Below, piece after piece: positions 13,545-25,494 of a DNA stretch of 64,000 bases (positions are counted from its first letter, which is position 1; every line of letters starts with the position of its first letter). The notes under the pieces are model-generated. The model was given only the letters and a program-made list of their open reading frames with translations. It was not told where the DNA came from and searched no databases. Both the position numbers and the translations under genes were made by a program. Source of the stretch: Eledone cirrhosa (taxonomy: Eukaryota); contig OZ024747.1 of assembly GCA_964016885.1 (NCBI GenBank), positions 26,102,001 to 26,166,000 on the forward strand. Direction: 5' to 3'.

Positions 13545-13712
13545 AGAGAAACTGTTCGTACGGCTGTTGGCAACACTGTTGTGATTGATGCTTCCTTCAC
13601 TCCCAAACAAGCATGCGCGCGCTTCGCTGGGATGCTCAATCTTGGCTTGGCAGCCGTTGAGAATGGAGCTCCCGTTGAACGCTACCGCCAAGTGCGAATT
13701 TCACGCAGTTAT
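13545..13712 (+). pseudogene. Mariner 5' region with transposase N-terminus fragment
   Basis: MELPLNATAKCEFHAVI resembles the mariner N-terminal motif (AKCEvRAVI); it abuts the deleted mariner at 13719. Confidence 0.55.
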
Positions 13713-13718
13713 TATATA

Positions 13719-13909
13719 CGAGGGCAATCCCAAAAGTAAGGTCTCCTTCCGAGGAAAACATGCGTAAAGATCGGCGGATCACTCTGGATGGTCTCTGCAT
13801 TTTGGTTCCTGAGGTTTCCCGAAGCACCATCCACAGGATTTTAACGGAAAAGTTGCAATATCGGAAGTTGCAATATCGGAAGGAGACCTTACTTTTGGGA
13901 TTGCCCTCG
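13719..13909 (+). mobile_element. Internally deleted mariner element (MITE-like)
   Basis: Perfect ~30-bp TIRs CGAGGGCAATCCCAAAAGTAAGGTCTCCTT with TA TSD. The interior translates DRRITLDGLCILVPEVSRSTIHRILTEKLQYRK (mariner HTH region). Confidence 0.92.
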
Positions 13910-13916
13910 TATATAT

Positions 13917-14110
13917 AGTGGTAGAACACTGGAAGGTAATATCCGTAGTGGTAGACCACTCAGTCCATGGGACGAGTTAGGTAGAAGTGGTTACACAACA
14001 GTTAGTTCACCATACAGTTCCGTATAACCATGTCCATTACGAGCTGAGGATCCGCTAAGGTGAAACAATTGTTCTCGGTATGGTGAACTAACTGTTGTGT
14101 AACCACTTCT
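13917..14110 (+). mobile_element. Small hammerhead-bearing element H4 with inverted partial copy (Penelope-like architecture)
   Basis: Homologous to 51953-52168; inverted repeat arms at 13983-14015 and 14078-14110. Confidence 0.8.
14034..14083 (+). ncRNA. Minimal type I hammerhead ribozyme (H4)
   Basis: CGAG-CTGAGGA-T-CC(gctaa)GG-T-GAAA-CAATTG-TT/CTCG; palindromic stem III ACAATTGT; GUU triplet; stem I extendable (CCA/TGG). Confidence 0.82.
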
Positions 14111-14125
14111 ATATATATATATATA

Positions 14126-14439
14126 AAATCCAAAGAGGGCTAGATAAGGATAAATATATATCAAATATATAAGAACCGTAGAGCAAATATTTATTAAAAT
14201 AACAGATTAAAGTAATTGTTTTTCACCGCTCCTATTAATGACGTATTATATTCGTTTTTCCCCGTTCTTTGCCAGGGAACGTTTCCACGAACCAAAGTAT
14301 CGTCTTCCTGTCTTCCTCCGGTTGCAACGTTTTTTGAAATATCCACTTCTGCGTTTACAGATTGACTTTGTTAGTTTCAGAAGATCCCGTTAAGGGTGAA
14401 AGCAGCGATTCTTTGCTTAAACTTTAATCTGTTATTTTA

Positions 14440-14446
<7 letters not shown>
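14126..14446 (+). mobile_element. Element H3 with an inverted 3' fragment in front
   Basis: 14126-14212 is the reverse complement of the H3 3' flank seen at about 12776-12857; the forward copy with the hammerhead follows. Confidence 0.75.
14373..14423 (+). ncRNA. Type I hammerhead-like motif with variant core CAGAAGA (H3, second complete copy)
   Basis: Identical to 12728-12778. Confidence 0.75.
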
Positions 14447-14499
<53 letters not shown>

Positions 14500-14628
14500 A
14501 TACTTGGGGAGAGTCATATTGTTGTAATAATATTGCCAGAATTAATAACAGAACACACTCACTGGTTGGTTTTCGCTTCTGTATATTTTATATCAGTTAA
14601 TTTATTCGGTCCTCAATGTTTACCATGT

Positions 14629-14667
<39 letters not shown>

Positions 14668-14770
14668 AGCTCAGCCGTCGGGGTCCTACTCGTTCCTATA
14701 TATATATATATATGTGTGGGTGTGTGTGTGTGTATATATGTATACCACAAACTCTCCATCTCAATCTCAA

Positions 14771-14814
14771 TTCTACTTTTGAAAAGCAGAAGAGCTGCGA
14801 AACCGGTAAAGGAA
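14771..14814 (+). ncRNA. Minimal hammerhead with compensatory U3-A8 core (H5)
   Basis: TTCTACTT-TTGAAAA-GCAG(aagag)CTGC-GAAA-CCGG-TA/AAGGAA. A relative at 43014-43057 keeps TTGAAAA with a different stem II (GCATT/AATGC). Confidence 0.65.
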
Positions 14815-14967
14815 CCAAATAAATATATATTTTTATTAAAAAAAGTCTCTAGTTGCATTTTCGATTTCATCTTTTTTCTTTATACTTTCACTCGTGTAAG
14901 ACACCTCGTTTTTTTTTCATTTTGTAAAAAAGCCTCACTTTCTAATATATATATATATATGTATATA

Positions 14968-15067
<100 letters not shown>

Positions 15068-15396
15068 TATATACATATATATATATATACTGTATATACA
15101 TACATACTTATATATATATATATAAACATATGTGTGTGTATATATACATGTATGTATATACACATATTTATTATTCATTGTTGATTGACAGACAAAAAAA
15201 ATTATTATTATTTTCTCCCGATATCACATTAATGTTTTGATGGCTGAAGTTACATATCTTGATATTTAGATCATCTCCATAATTGAGCTCTGATATTTTC
15301 TTCGTTTCATTATGGTGACGGTGGGAGGGAGGAGGGAGGAGGGACAAATTATATTAGTTGTTCAATGACTAGCGTAAATATATATATATATCTTCA

Positions 15397-15438
<42 letters not shown>

Positions 15439-15457
15439 TTATATATATATATACATG

Positions 15458-15495
<38 letters not shown>

Positions 15496-15578
15496 AGTAT
15501 GTATGTATATATATTTATATATATATATATGTATAAATATGTATATATATATATATATATATGTAAATATATATATAT

Positions 15579-15648
<70 letters not shown>

Positions 15649-15674
15649 AACATGTATTTATACATAAATATATG

Positions 15675-15745
<71 letters not shown>

Positions 15746-15825
15746 GTATATATATATGTATATATGTATGTATATATATATATATATGTAAATATATATG
15801 TAAGTATGTATGTATATATGTATAC

Positions 15826-15858
<33 letters not shown>

Positions 15859-16404
15859 TATATGCATATATATATGTATGTACATACATAATATGTTTAT
15901 GCTTGTCTGTGTATGTGTGGTATGCATGTATGTATATAATCGTTTGTTTTTTTTTGCCAACTAGTCTGCTTCATATATTGGGTTTCTTGCTAGTTACACG
16001 AGGAAAAAAGGTAACATTTGTGTGGTTTACGTAACAATTTATGCTAAGGAACTACCTCTATATTTTAACGGTTCCAGTGAAAGAGAGACGTATTTCATCT
16101 ATTAATGACTTTCATCAAGTTCTTGGGTGTAGTTGTATCAGCTTTAGATTCCCTACGTTTTGCACAATTGTACTTTTTGCTAGTATATAATTAGGGGGAA
16201 ATACGGAAAGTTTGTAACATCCTATGATCTGTATTTATGGTTCTTTTGATGAAAGCCTAATCTGTATATTCTATATTTTGAACGTTCTTTTTATCTATCA
16301 AGCATTTGATTTGAATAATAAAACCTTGTTGATTTTAGGCTAGTGGCAGGAAAATTGGTCATATCGCGTTTGACTACGACCGTTTCTTTAAATATTTGTG
16401 TTAT

Positions 16405-16505
16405 CTGTATTATTATTACTAATATTTTTATTATTATTATTATTACTATTATTATTATTATTATTATTATCATTATTATTATTATTATCATCATTATTAT
16501 TATTT
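16405..16505. repeat. (ATT)n microsatellite
   Basis: Direct sequence. Confidence 0.97.
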
Positions 16506-16813
16506 TTATTTATTTTTTTATTTCTTTATCTGTGTGTGTTCACTTAGGAGAGATATTGCTAACCAAGAATAATTCTATATAATATTTCTCTGAGATCATC
16601 ATGGCTTCTACACAACTACAGTGTTCTCAAATGCAAAATTTCATGACCAATTTTTCATATACGTCAGATTATCGATATAAAAAAATAAGTCCTTATTATT
16701 AACTTTTCTATCACCTAATGTGTAATGATCTCTTTTATTATTATTATTATCACCATCATCCTAATAGGTGTACACACACACACGCGCGCGCGCACACGCA
16801 TATATACACATAC

Positions 16814-16845
<32 letters not shown>

Positions 16846-16852
16846 GTATGTA

Positions 16853-16919
<67 letters not shown>

Positions 16920-17267
16920 ATATATAATATAAAGGATTGTTATATGTGGGCTACATTTGATGTTCTGTAAAAGTTCCATCCTTGTCATACTGACAATATA
17001 CTTCAAAGCTGGCAGATATTGGGCTGTAAAGATAACCCAAGCTGTAAACACACTGCACGCTCCACCCCACCCCAACCCTTACACACACACATGCATATTA
17101 TATGTGTATATTATATATACACATTGACACACATGTACAAAGTGTATGTAGATTGTATATATATATATATGCGCGCGTGTGTGTGTATGTGTGTGTGTGT
17201 AAACAGAAACAACAAAACAGTACAATGAAGAAATATATCAGTTTAACGCTTTATATAGTAGGAAATG

Positions 17268-17303
17268 TCTTTACGTTTCGGATACTAGTCCTTCATCAGA
17301 AGA
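17268..17303 (-). ncRNA. Minimal type I hammerhead ribozyme (H6)
   Basis: Minus strand TCTT-CTGATGA-A-GGA(ctagta)TCC-GAAA-CG-TA/AAGA; palindromic ACGT stem III, as in Penelope-associated minimal hammerheads. Confidence 0.8.
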
Positions 17304-17420
17304 TAGAATGAGAAATAAAAGATGAAATAGAAAGATAGAAAGAGAAACGAAGAAGGAACGGAAAAATATTTGCGGAGGATAAAATCCACGTTTGTGATTT
17401 ATATATTTTGTAAATTAAAC

Positions 17421-17475
<55 letters not shown>

Positions 17476-17563
17476 AGGAGGTGAGTTTTATTGTAGTACA
17501 ATATGTTGATTTAAAACTGCACTATCCACAAGTGTTTTTTAGCCTTCATATCATGTTCTCCTG

Positions 17564-17630
17564 TTTTATCTGATGAAAACACAAATATTATTGCATGATG
17601 ATGTTTGTTTTTGAAATGCGCATAATAAAA
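17564..17630 (+). ncRNA. Type I hammerhead ribozyme (H7)
   Basis: TTTTAT-CTGATGA-AAACACAAATATTAT..ATGATGTTTGTTTTT-GAAA-TGCGCA-TA/ATAAAA; palindromic stem III; AUA triplet. Confidence 0.72.
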
Positions 17631-17662
17631 TACATGGAACTCCTTTAACCATCTTTTGATCT

Positions 17663-17710
<48 letters not shown>

Positions 17711-17870
17711 CATTTTATTGATAATCTTAATCGTTTTGTTTGGTTATTGACACCACACTATTAAATCTGTGTGAGTATACTCGATTTCTGATATTTCATT
17801 TGTCATTGAGTTACATATCGTGTGGCACGTGGTTACGCAAAGCACTTGCAGTAGTGTAATTTCATACATA

Positions 17871-18086
17871 CATGATGATGGCTGCCCCCTCGTTATCGAG
17901 TATGGCCATTGCACGATATACCATTATTAATAATAATTAATTAATTCTATCGTGCAATGCCTGTGCGTGAAGATATTTTTTAAAGTGACGAAAGACTGTG
18001 CACTGAGCCAATCCCACTCTCTGAGCGACAGTAGCTATAACCAGAAAAGAAGAAAAGATCAACAACATCGGTAACTACTGAGCCAC
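17871..18086 (-). mobile_element. Non-autonomous retroposon family D (5'-truncated), tail (TATG)n
   Basis: Reverse complement of about 59148-59357; CATA repeats on both flanks. Confidence 0.8.
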
Positions 18087-18091
18087 ATACA

Positions 18092-18127
<36 letters not shown>

Positions 18128-18132
18128 TATAT

Positions 18133-18400
18133 GGTGGAGGCACGTGGCCCAGTGGTAAGAGTGTTGGACTTACGATCATAATGTCGTGGGTTCGATTCCT
18201 GGGCTGCGTGTTGTGTTCTTGAGCAAAACACTCATTTCACGTTGCTCCAGTATACTCAGCTGAAAATGAGTACCAGCAATAGCTGGAGGTTTAACCCTGC
18301 GATGGACTGGCGTCCTGTCTAGGGGGGAGTCTTGCAAAGAAACCGGGATAAGCACCGGTCAAATGAGCCTTCTGGCTTAAGACAGACTTTAGACTTTAGA
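18133..18400 (+). mobile_element. Full-length tRNA-derived SINE family B (CORE-like body)
   Basis: A box GTGGCCCAGTGG, B box GGTTCGATTCC, body TGTGTTCTTGAGCAAAACACT resembling the CORE domain, AACCCTGCGATGGACTGGCGTCC, and tandem AGACTTT tail. Confidence 0.8.
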
Positions 18401-18443
18401 TATATATCAGAGAGAACAACTTTTGAATAATTACATTTACTGG

Positions 18444-18481
<38 letters not shown>

Positions 18482-19621
18482 CCTCTTGGTGAATCGACGT
18501 CAATTTTCGCTTCATGCTCGATACTTAATCGAAGCTAATTCTCATCTTCACCAAATACCACGCTATTGTCTTTGAGCAATACGTGTTCAGTTCAACTTCC
18601 CTTCGCCAGTATATAATTTATATATTTTTTTTAAATTAAAAGAAGCCGTTATTTAATTCAAACATATATTATTCATGACAACTCCATTTCACTTTATACA
18701 AAAAGATGTCACGAAAATTCTTTTTTAAGCCCCACCCTCTTTATCTTGGTGTATTTATATATTTTTTACGCTCATAAAATATTACATCTCGTGTGTTGTG
18801 TTTCTATAAACAAAATGATTCTATGAAAAATATTTTCATTTTAACATATGAAATATATATAGAGTGAGAGATTTTAAATTACTTATTCAGGCGTCTTAAC
18901 TTAAAATGTTCTTTCAGATATGAATGTGTTATCTACTCGTAGGTTTTTTTTTTCAAGTCTTTATAATAATTATATAACTGTCATTGTTGTTGATGGTGTA
19001 TCTGTCTTTATTTTTTTAGATTTCGCTTTATATATTTCGTGTTATATGGCGGTGAATTGGTTGAATCACTCGGCAGTCGGATTAAATGCTTTGGTATTTG
19101 CTCCAACGCGCTCTGAGCTCAAATACCGTCGAGTTCAATTTTACCTTTCATTCTTTCGGGGTTGATAAATGAAATACCAGCCCATCTGGGATGCTGTATT
19201 AGCGGGAATGTTAAAAGAGTCGGACATTTTTCTTTGTAGTTTTTGATCAAGTTCTGTTCGTTTTGAGTTCAAATCCCACTGTAATTAACTTTAGCTTTTA
19301 TTCTTTCTGGGTTCATAAATAAAATAGTTGTCCAACAAGGAGGGAATGCTTTGTGGTATCTAATCCACCTCTGTACTTCTGAGTTCAAACCCCGCCTCCT
19401 TTTGCTAGGAATTACAACTGCCAGATAATATCGAGTTGCAATAGAAATGGCGACTCATTGCCGAAAAAGCAGCCATTAGGAATAGTTACGATGAAATGAA
19501 ATATTCGTCAATGTTTTACCTTCACATGGGATTCGATGAAACACGACGATAACCAATATTATGTAATTGTTATTGATACTGATGTTGTCAGGGTGTCATA
19601 TATTCAGTATTATTTATTCAC

Positions 19622-20340
19622 TGTGAGGCGCATGGCTTAGAGGTTCAGTTGTTTGGCTCACGATCGTAAGGTCATGAGTTCCATTCCAGACCCAGACGAT
19701 GCGTTGTGTCTTTGAGCAACACAGTTTATTTCACGTTGTCCCAATTCACTCAGCTAGAAAAAAGGATTTGTACTTGTAATTTATATGATCCGCCTTGTCA
19801 CAAACTGTGTCACGTTGAATTTCCCTGAGAAATATTTTAAGGGTACACAATCAAAAACAACCGTCAATCGTAATTATTCGTGTAAAGTAATTAAACAAGT
19901 AACTTATCACATGATCCACATGACAGGTGCAATGTGTCCGAACACGGAAGAGCCGAATTCCCACCGTCATGGCCCTCACCTCTCTCGCCCGCCCCATCTC
20001 TCTGTATGGATAGCAAATGAGGTTCCACGTGCTGGCCGCCCCACAGCCCCGGCGGACAGAATGGAGAAGGTGTTTCCCCGTAGGATGGTAAGGGAGATGC
20101 GCTGGAAGAGCCATTCCATCTCCCGAGGCTCACACCTGCGGCTGGCCAGCTCAGCACCTATGGTGGGGAGTAGGGAGGTAGCTATAGGGCTAAGGGCACC
20201 AGAAGTCTCCACTGCCAAGAGCACGACCGCAAACCTGTCGTAGAGGGATGGGTACCTCAGCCACTAACGTTAATTTCACGAGCAAGATATTCTATTGATA
20301 AAAAAACCTAGAACACTTGTCGTTGTAACCCACTGAGGTC
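19622..20340 (+). mobile_element. SINE family B copy interrupted by an RLE-LINE fragment
   Basis: tRNA-like head at 19622-19690, body TGTGTCTTTGAGCAACACAG; the tail is split at ..AAGGGTACAC | CTCAGCCAC.. Confidence 0.7.
19849..20255 (-). pseudogene. 3' end of a CRE-like RLE non-LTR retrotransposon
   Basis: RYPSLYDRFAVVLLAVETSGALSP...EWLFQRISLTILRGN matches the C-terminal RLE signature (ET.G ... QRIS..I.RGN) of CRE-clade proteins. Confidence 0.7.
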
Positions 20341-20599
20341 CTCCACACAGCGTGATATCCCATATGGTGCGACCTTTTACACAATGTACTGAGTTTGATG
20401 GCCTCACTTAAGATCATTCGATTACAAAGAGACAGTGTTGTTTTTTTTTATATTTTCTCCTAACCTATCAAAGTCAGCTCTGGTTGTGCACACTTATGAT
20501 TAAGGGATTTCCGAACATGACCACCCTGCTTTTTTCTAGAATCATGTATTTAGGACTACATAATTCAAGATGTTCTTTTATTTTCTTGAAAGACTTAGG

Positions 20600-20812
20600 G
20601 CAATGGATTGGTAGTATCGGTAGAGTCGGACACCATGCTTTGCAGCATAGAGATACGGTCCTTTACGATCTGAGTTCAAATCCCGCAGAGGTTAACTTTG
20701 CCTTTCATCCTCACGGGGTCGATAAAATAAAGCACCAGTAACGTACTCGGGTCGATTTAATCGACTTTTCGCTCCCCAAATTACTGGCCTTGTGCCTATA
20801 CTAGAAATCATC
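20600..20812 (+). mobile_element. SINE family A, long-tail variant
   Basis: TGGATTGGTAGTATCGG...GAGTTCAAATCCC...GGGGTCGATAAAATAAAG...GGCCTTGTGCCTATACTAGAAATCAT. Confidence 0.9.
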
Positions 20813-21149
20813 TTCTTCAAAGACTATATGGTGTGATTTTAGAGAACTATTGCTGCCATCTCTAGCAGACCTATCAACCGCGTACAGGCTCTATTATAGT
20901 CTGTTGAGCAACCTAATAGGTTGTTGTTTGTTGTTGGAAGGATGGAAGGCAAAGTAGACTTCGGCGCGATTCGAAACCAGAAACTAAAAAGCTACATTAG
21001 TTCAAACGTTCTAACGATGCTGCCAACACACCGCCTTAAAAACAACAATAACAACCACAGCAGGAGAAATATCATATCGAACTCTCGTAGCAATATACCA
21101 TTACATACATCAACAACCCTACCACTACAACTACCATTAGCCCACACAA

Positions 21150-22595
21150 CATCAACCCTGACCAACAGACCATCATCACCATTCCCATCACCACCACCGT
21201 CATCACTACCCACCATCACCACCACAGTCGTCACCACCAACGCTAAGACCACCATCGCCATCGCCACCGCCACCAGCACCATCACCATCACCACTGCTAC
21301 TACTAACATCACCACCACCAACAACAACATCAGCAGCCCCACCACCACTGCTACCACTAACATCACCAGCACCATCACCACCACCACCACCACCACCATC
21401 ACCATCACCACTAACATCACCACCACCACCAACAACAACAACATCAGCACCCCCACCACCACTGCTACCACTAACATCACCAGCACCATCACCACCACCA
21501 CCACCACCATCACCATCACCACTAACATCACCACCACCACCAACAACAACATCACCACTAACATCACCAGCACCACCACTACCATCACCATCACCACTAA
21601 CATCACCAGCACCAGCACCATCACCACCACCACCATCACCATCACCACTAACATCACCATCACCAACAACAACAACAACATCAGCACCCCCACCACCACA
21701 GCTACCACTAACATCACCAGCACCATCACCACCACCATCACCACCTCCATCATCGCTGCTACCACCACCATCACGACCTCCATCACCACTGCTACCACTA
21801 ACATCACCACAACCACCACCACCACCACCACCAGCATCACCACCTCCATCATCGCTGCTACCACCAACATTACCAACACCACTACCACTGCTACCACCAT
21901 CACCACCACCACCATCACCAACACTACTACCACTACTACTGCCACCACCATCCCCACCACCACCAACATCACCAACACCACTACCACTGCCACTGCCACC
22001 ACCATCACCACCACCACCATCACCAACACTACTACCACTACCACTGCCACCATCACCACCAACACCATCACCACCACTACCACTGCTACCACCATCACCA
22101 CCACCACCAACATCACCAACACCACTACCACTGCCACTGCCACCACCATCACCACCACCACCATCACCTACACTACTACCATTACCATTGCCACCACCAT
22201 CACCACCACTACCACTGCCACCACCACCACCACCACCACTATGAATATCACTGCTATCCTATTACTACCACTACCACTGCCACCACCATCACCACCACCA
22301 ACATCACCAACACCACTACCACTACCACTGCTACCACCATCACCACCATCACCAACACTACTACCACTACCACTGCCACCACCATCACCATCACTATTGC
22401 CATCCTATTACTACCACTACCGTCTAAAGAAATAGTAGCAACAACATAACTAACACTCACACCACAAATAAATAAATAGTAAATAAAGAGAACCACTATT
22501 GACAATTGTTGCCCCACTACCACTACCATCACCACCACCGCCACCGCCACCACCACCACCACCACCGCCACCACTACCACCACCACCGCCATAAC
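21150..22595. repeat. 1.4-kb degenerate (ACC/ATC/ACT)n trinucleotide array
   Basis: Direct sequence; internal duplications; open frames on both strands. Confidence 0.95.
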
Positions 22596-23165
22596 CACAT
22601 ACTTTTGAAAAGCAATCATTCAAACCTTCTTTTGCCCCAACAACGTCAATCCTGAAATACAAGTAAATCTTATAACTGCATAAAAATCTCATACATTGCC
22701 TATAATATAAACATTATATAAGAAGACAGGACCTTAGTCTAATGACAGCAACTAGTAAGAGAATAACAGAATAAAAGAATAAAAGAATAAAAGAATAAAA
22801 ACATAGTAGAACGAAGGAATAAAAGAATACGTTTTTGAAATAACGTGAATCAGATTGTAACATTACATAAGACTTGCCTGCAATCGAATCACTGAAACCT
22901 GTAAAAGAATAAAAGAATATCAGAATTAAAAAAATACCAGAATAAAAGGAAACAAAATAAAATAAGAAATTATAGAATGAAAAAATAAAGGAAAGTGTCA
23001 TTGAAAGAATGTGAATCTCAGTTTGAAATTGGACAGCAGAGGTCACCAATAAAATTTGATCTTTTTCATAGGATGTCATGTGACATACACCTAAATTATA
23101 ACTGAAAATTACATCAGTATGCACGCACACACACACACATATATATATACACATGTATATATACG

Positions 23166-23250
<85 letters not shown>

Positions 23251-23834
23251 GTATGTATATCGTTCTTGCTTTCTTCGTATTCCCACTGCATTTTAAGTTA
23301 CCTAAAATAGCAACTACACAGCCATTTCTATTCTCCATATATTTCATCATGTTTTTCGCTGTGACCATTCTTCTTTCCCCTTCTACCTACCTATTTCGCC
23401 ACTTTCTACTCTCACCCCTCTTTCTTCCCCTCCCTTTCTCCCTATCTACTTTTACCCCACTTTCTTCCTCTCACTTTCACCCCCTCGTCTGACCTCTTAG
23501 TAGTTCTCTTCTCACTTACAACTGCGGCGAACGGACGTGTGTCTTGTTCCTACCGACTGCTCAGTCTTGAACTTAAGTTCTCTTATCGAGTGGTCTTGGG
23601 TTTTCTACCTATAGTTGCTCGCACATTGATCGGTTTGTTGTTTATTTTCGCTGTTTTGTTACTCTTTTCTCTTTTCTTCCCCTTTGCTTTCCTTCCCTCC
23701 TTCGTTCGTTTTCCCAATAACTTATCCAGTTATTGACGCCCTGGGGTGAAGTGGTATCTTGTCTTTAAAGCGTAGAAATATCCGAGACCACCAGTAGACA
23801 ACTGATGAGGAAAACTCCCCCCACCCCCACCACC

Positions 23835-24030
23835 CGTTCTTGCTTTCTTCGTATTCCCACAGCAGCTCCAACAATCTTTGCATCTAATGCAGCGTCCTAC
23901 ATTCCATCACTCGGAGAAATAATCCCGAGAAACTTCAACTTCTTCACAAGGTTCAGTGTAGCTCCACTCAGGTGCACTGTGCAGTCTTCTTTGAGAGAAC
24001 GAGTGTCTCAGTATTTTTGCAACAATGGTA
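23835..24030 (-). pseudogene. Decayed RTE-like reverse transcriptase fragment
   Basis: Minus-strand pieces KTETLVLS..C..SGATLNLVKKLKFLGIISPSDG resemble the post-YADD KT..../FKYLG region; contains a stop and a frameshift. Confidence 0.5.
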
Positions 24031-24292
24031 AACTAGACATTTTATATTCAATGTTATGTTTTGTAATTTTATATTGAATAAATTTGTTTGGATGAATAGA
24101 AATTAAATGTTATTATAAATCTTGCAAACATTTTATGTTTGCCCGTAAATAAGCAACTTCTAGCCCAAAGCTTACGATTAATAAGACAGGTTTATATTTA
24201 GAATTGCTTCTGTTTTATATGTTGCATAACAATTTAGAGAAAATTAGAAAGTTTATATGTACTATGCCGTTTGATTTTTTATTTCTGTTTAC

Positions 24293-24402
<110 letters not shown>

Positions 24403-24505
24403 TAGAGAGAGATGGAGAGATATTATATAGGAAAAATGTCAAGACCTAGCTCGGATCTAACTGTCGAAACGGCCGGAGCTCAGCCGTCGGGGTCCTGACT
24501 TTTTT

Positions 24506-24568
<63 letters not shown>

Positions 24569-24753
24569 ACTAAGTTAAAAGTCGAATGACATATATACAT
24601 ATAAAATAAACACATCAAACAATTACAGGGGCTAATTTGTAAAGAGTGTAAACACACATAGTTACGGAGGTAACATATTAAAAATTTACAAGAATCATGA
24701 ATATAGATACCTTGCAACCATTGAAGAAATATATTTCATCCTTAAATGGTGAA

Positions 24754-24881
<128 letters not shown>

Positions 24882-25068
24882 AAAATATCTGTGTATGGAC
24901 ATAAATAAATAGTATATGTATATATAAATTCTCTACCCATAGGAAATCGTTTCTTTCACTATTAACGTATAAGTGTTCAATCTGGTTTCCTTTTTGGTTG
25001 GTATCCTAGTGATGTTGGCTTAATTAAAGCATTGGATGAGCGACAGAACGATCGGAGATACACCGGGT

Positions 25069-25128
25069 CTTCCGATGACTATAAAATAAAGTACCATTGT
25101 TGGTACTTTATTTTATAGTCATCGGAAG
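25069..25128. repeat. Perfect 28-bp hairpin with a 4-nt loop, partly SINE-derived
   Basis: CTTCCGATGACTATAAAATAAAGTACCA-ttgt-TGGTACTTTATTTTATAGTCATCGGAAG. Confidence 0.95.
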
Positions 25129-25163
25129 TGTGAGCCTAAAGTAGAAACGATTATTATTATTAT

Positions 25164-25249
25164 TTTGCCTTTCATCCTTACGGGGTCGATAAAATAAAGT
25201 ACCAGTAATGCACTGGGTAATTGCTGGCCTTGTGCCTAAAGTAGAAACA

Positions 25250-25285
<36 letters not shown>
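25164..25285 (+). mobile_element. 5'-truncated SINE family A running into the (ATT)n tract that precedes the Tx1 pair
   Basis: TTTGCCTTTCATCCTTACGGGGTCGAT...GTAGAAACA followed by (ATT)n to 25285. Confidence 0.9.
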
Positions 25286-25494
25286 GGCGACCTACGTAGG
25301 AAATCGTATTATCGTGAGCTCCGCAAAGGTTTGTTATTTCCGTTTGTTTAAAAATTGCCATTTATGGAAAATTTTATTGTAAACTGTTTATAAGCACACA
25401 TACATTGTTTTCCGAAAAGGACACCCAAAAAGATTGGGGCCTTGTGCCCAAAGTTTTAACTTTTATTATTATCCAAAAATTTCCTTGAAAAAAA

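Noticed and set aside
20921-22435. 504-aa Thr-rich mucin-like ORF
   Set aside because: It arises from a degenerate ACC/ATC/ACT array that is open on both strands and starts inside a SINE remnant, with no signal peptide or splice context. A mucin exon cannot be fully excluded without RNA-seq.
23859-24024. Apparent exon (polypyrimidine + CAG ... GTAAAC) on the plus strand
   Set aside because: Better explained as an antisense RTE-like RT remnant; no recognisable host protein.
25438-25454. GGCCTTGTGCCCAAAGT in the Tx1 copy 1 5'UTR, a 16/17 match to the SINE A tail
   Set aside because: Too short, and the equivalent hairpin in copy 2 (GGGGTTTTGTACCCAAAA) does not keep the match; probably chance.
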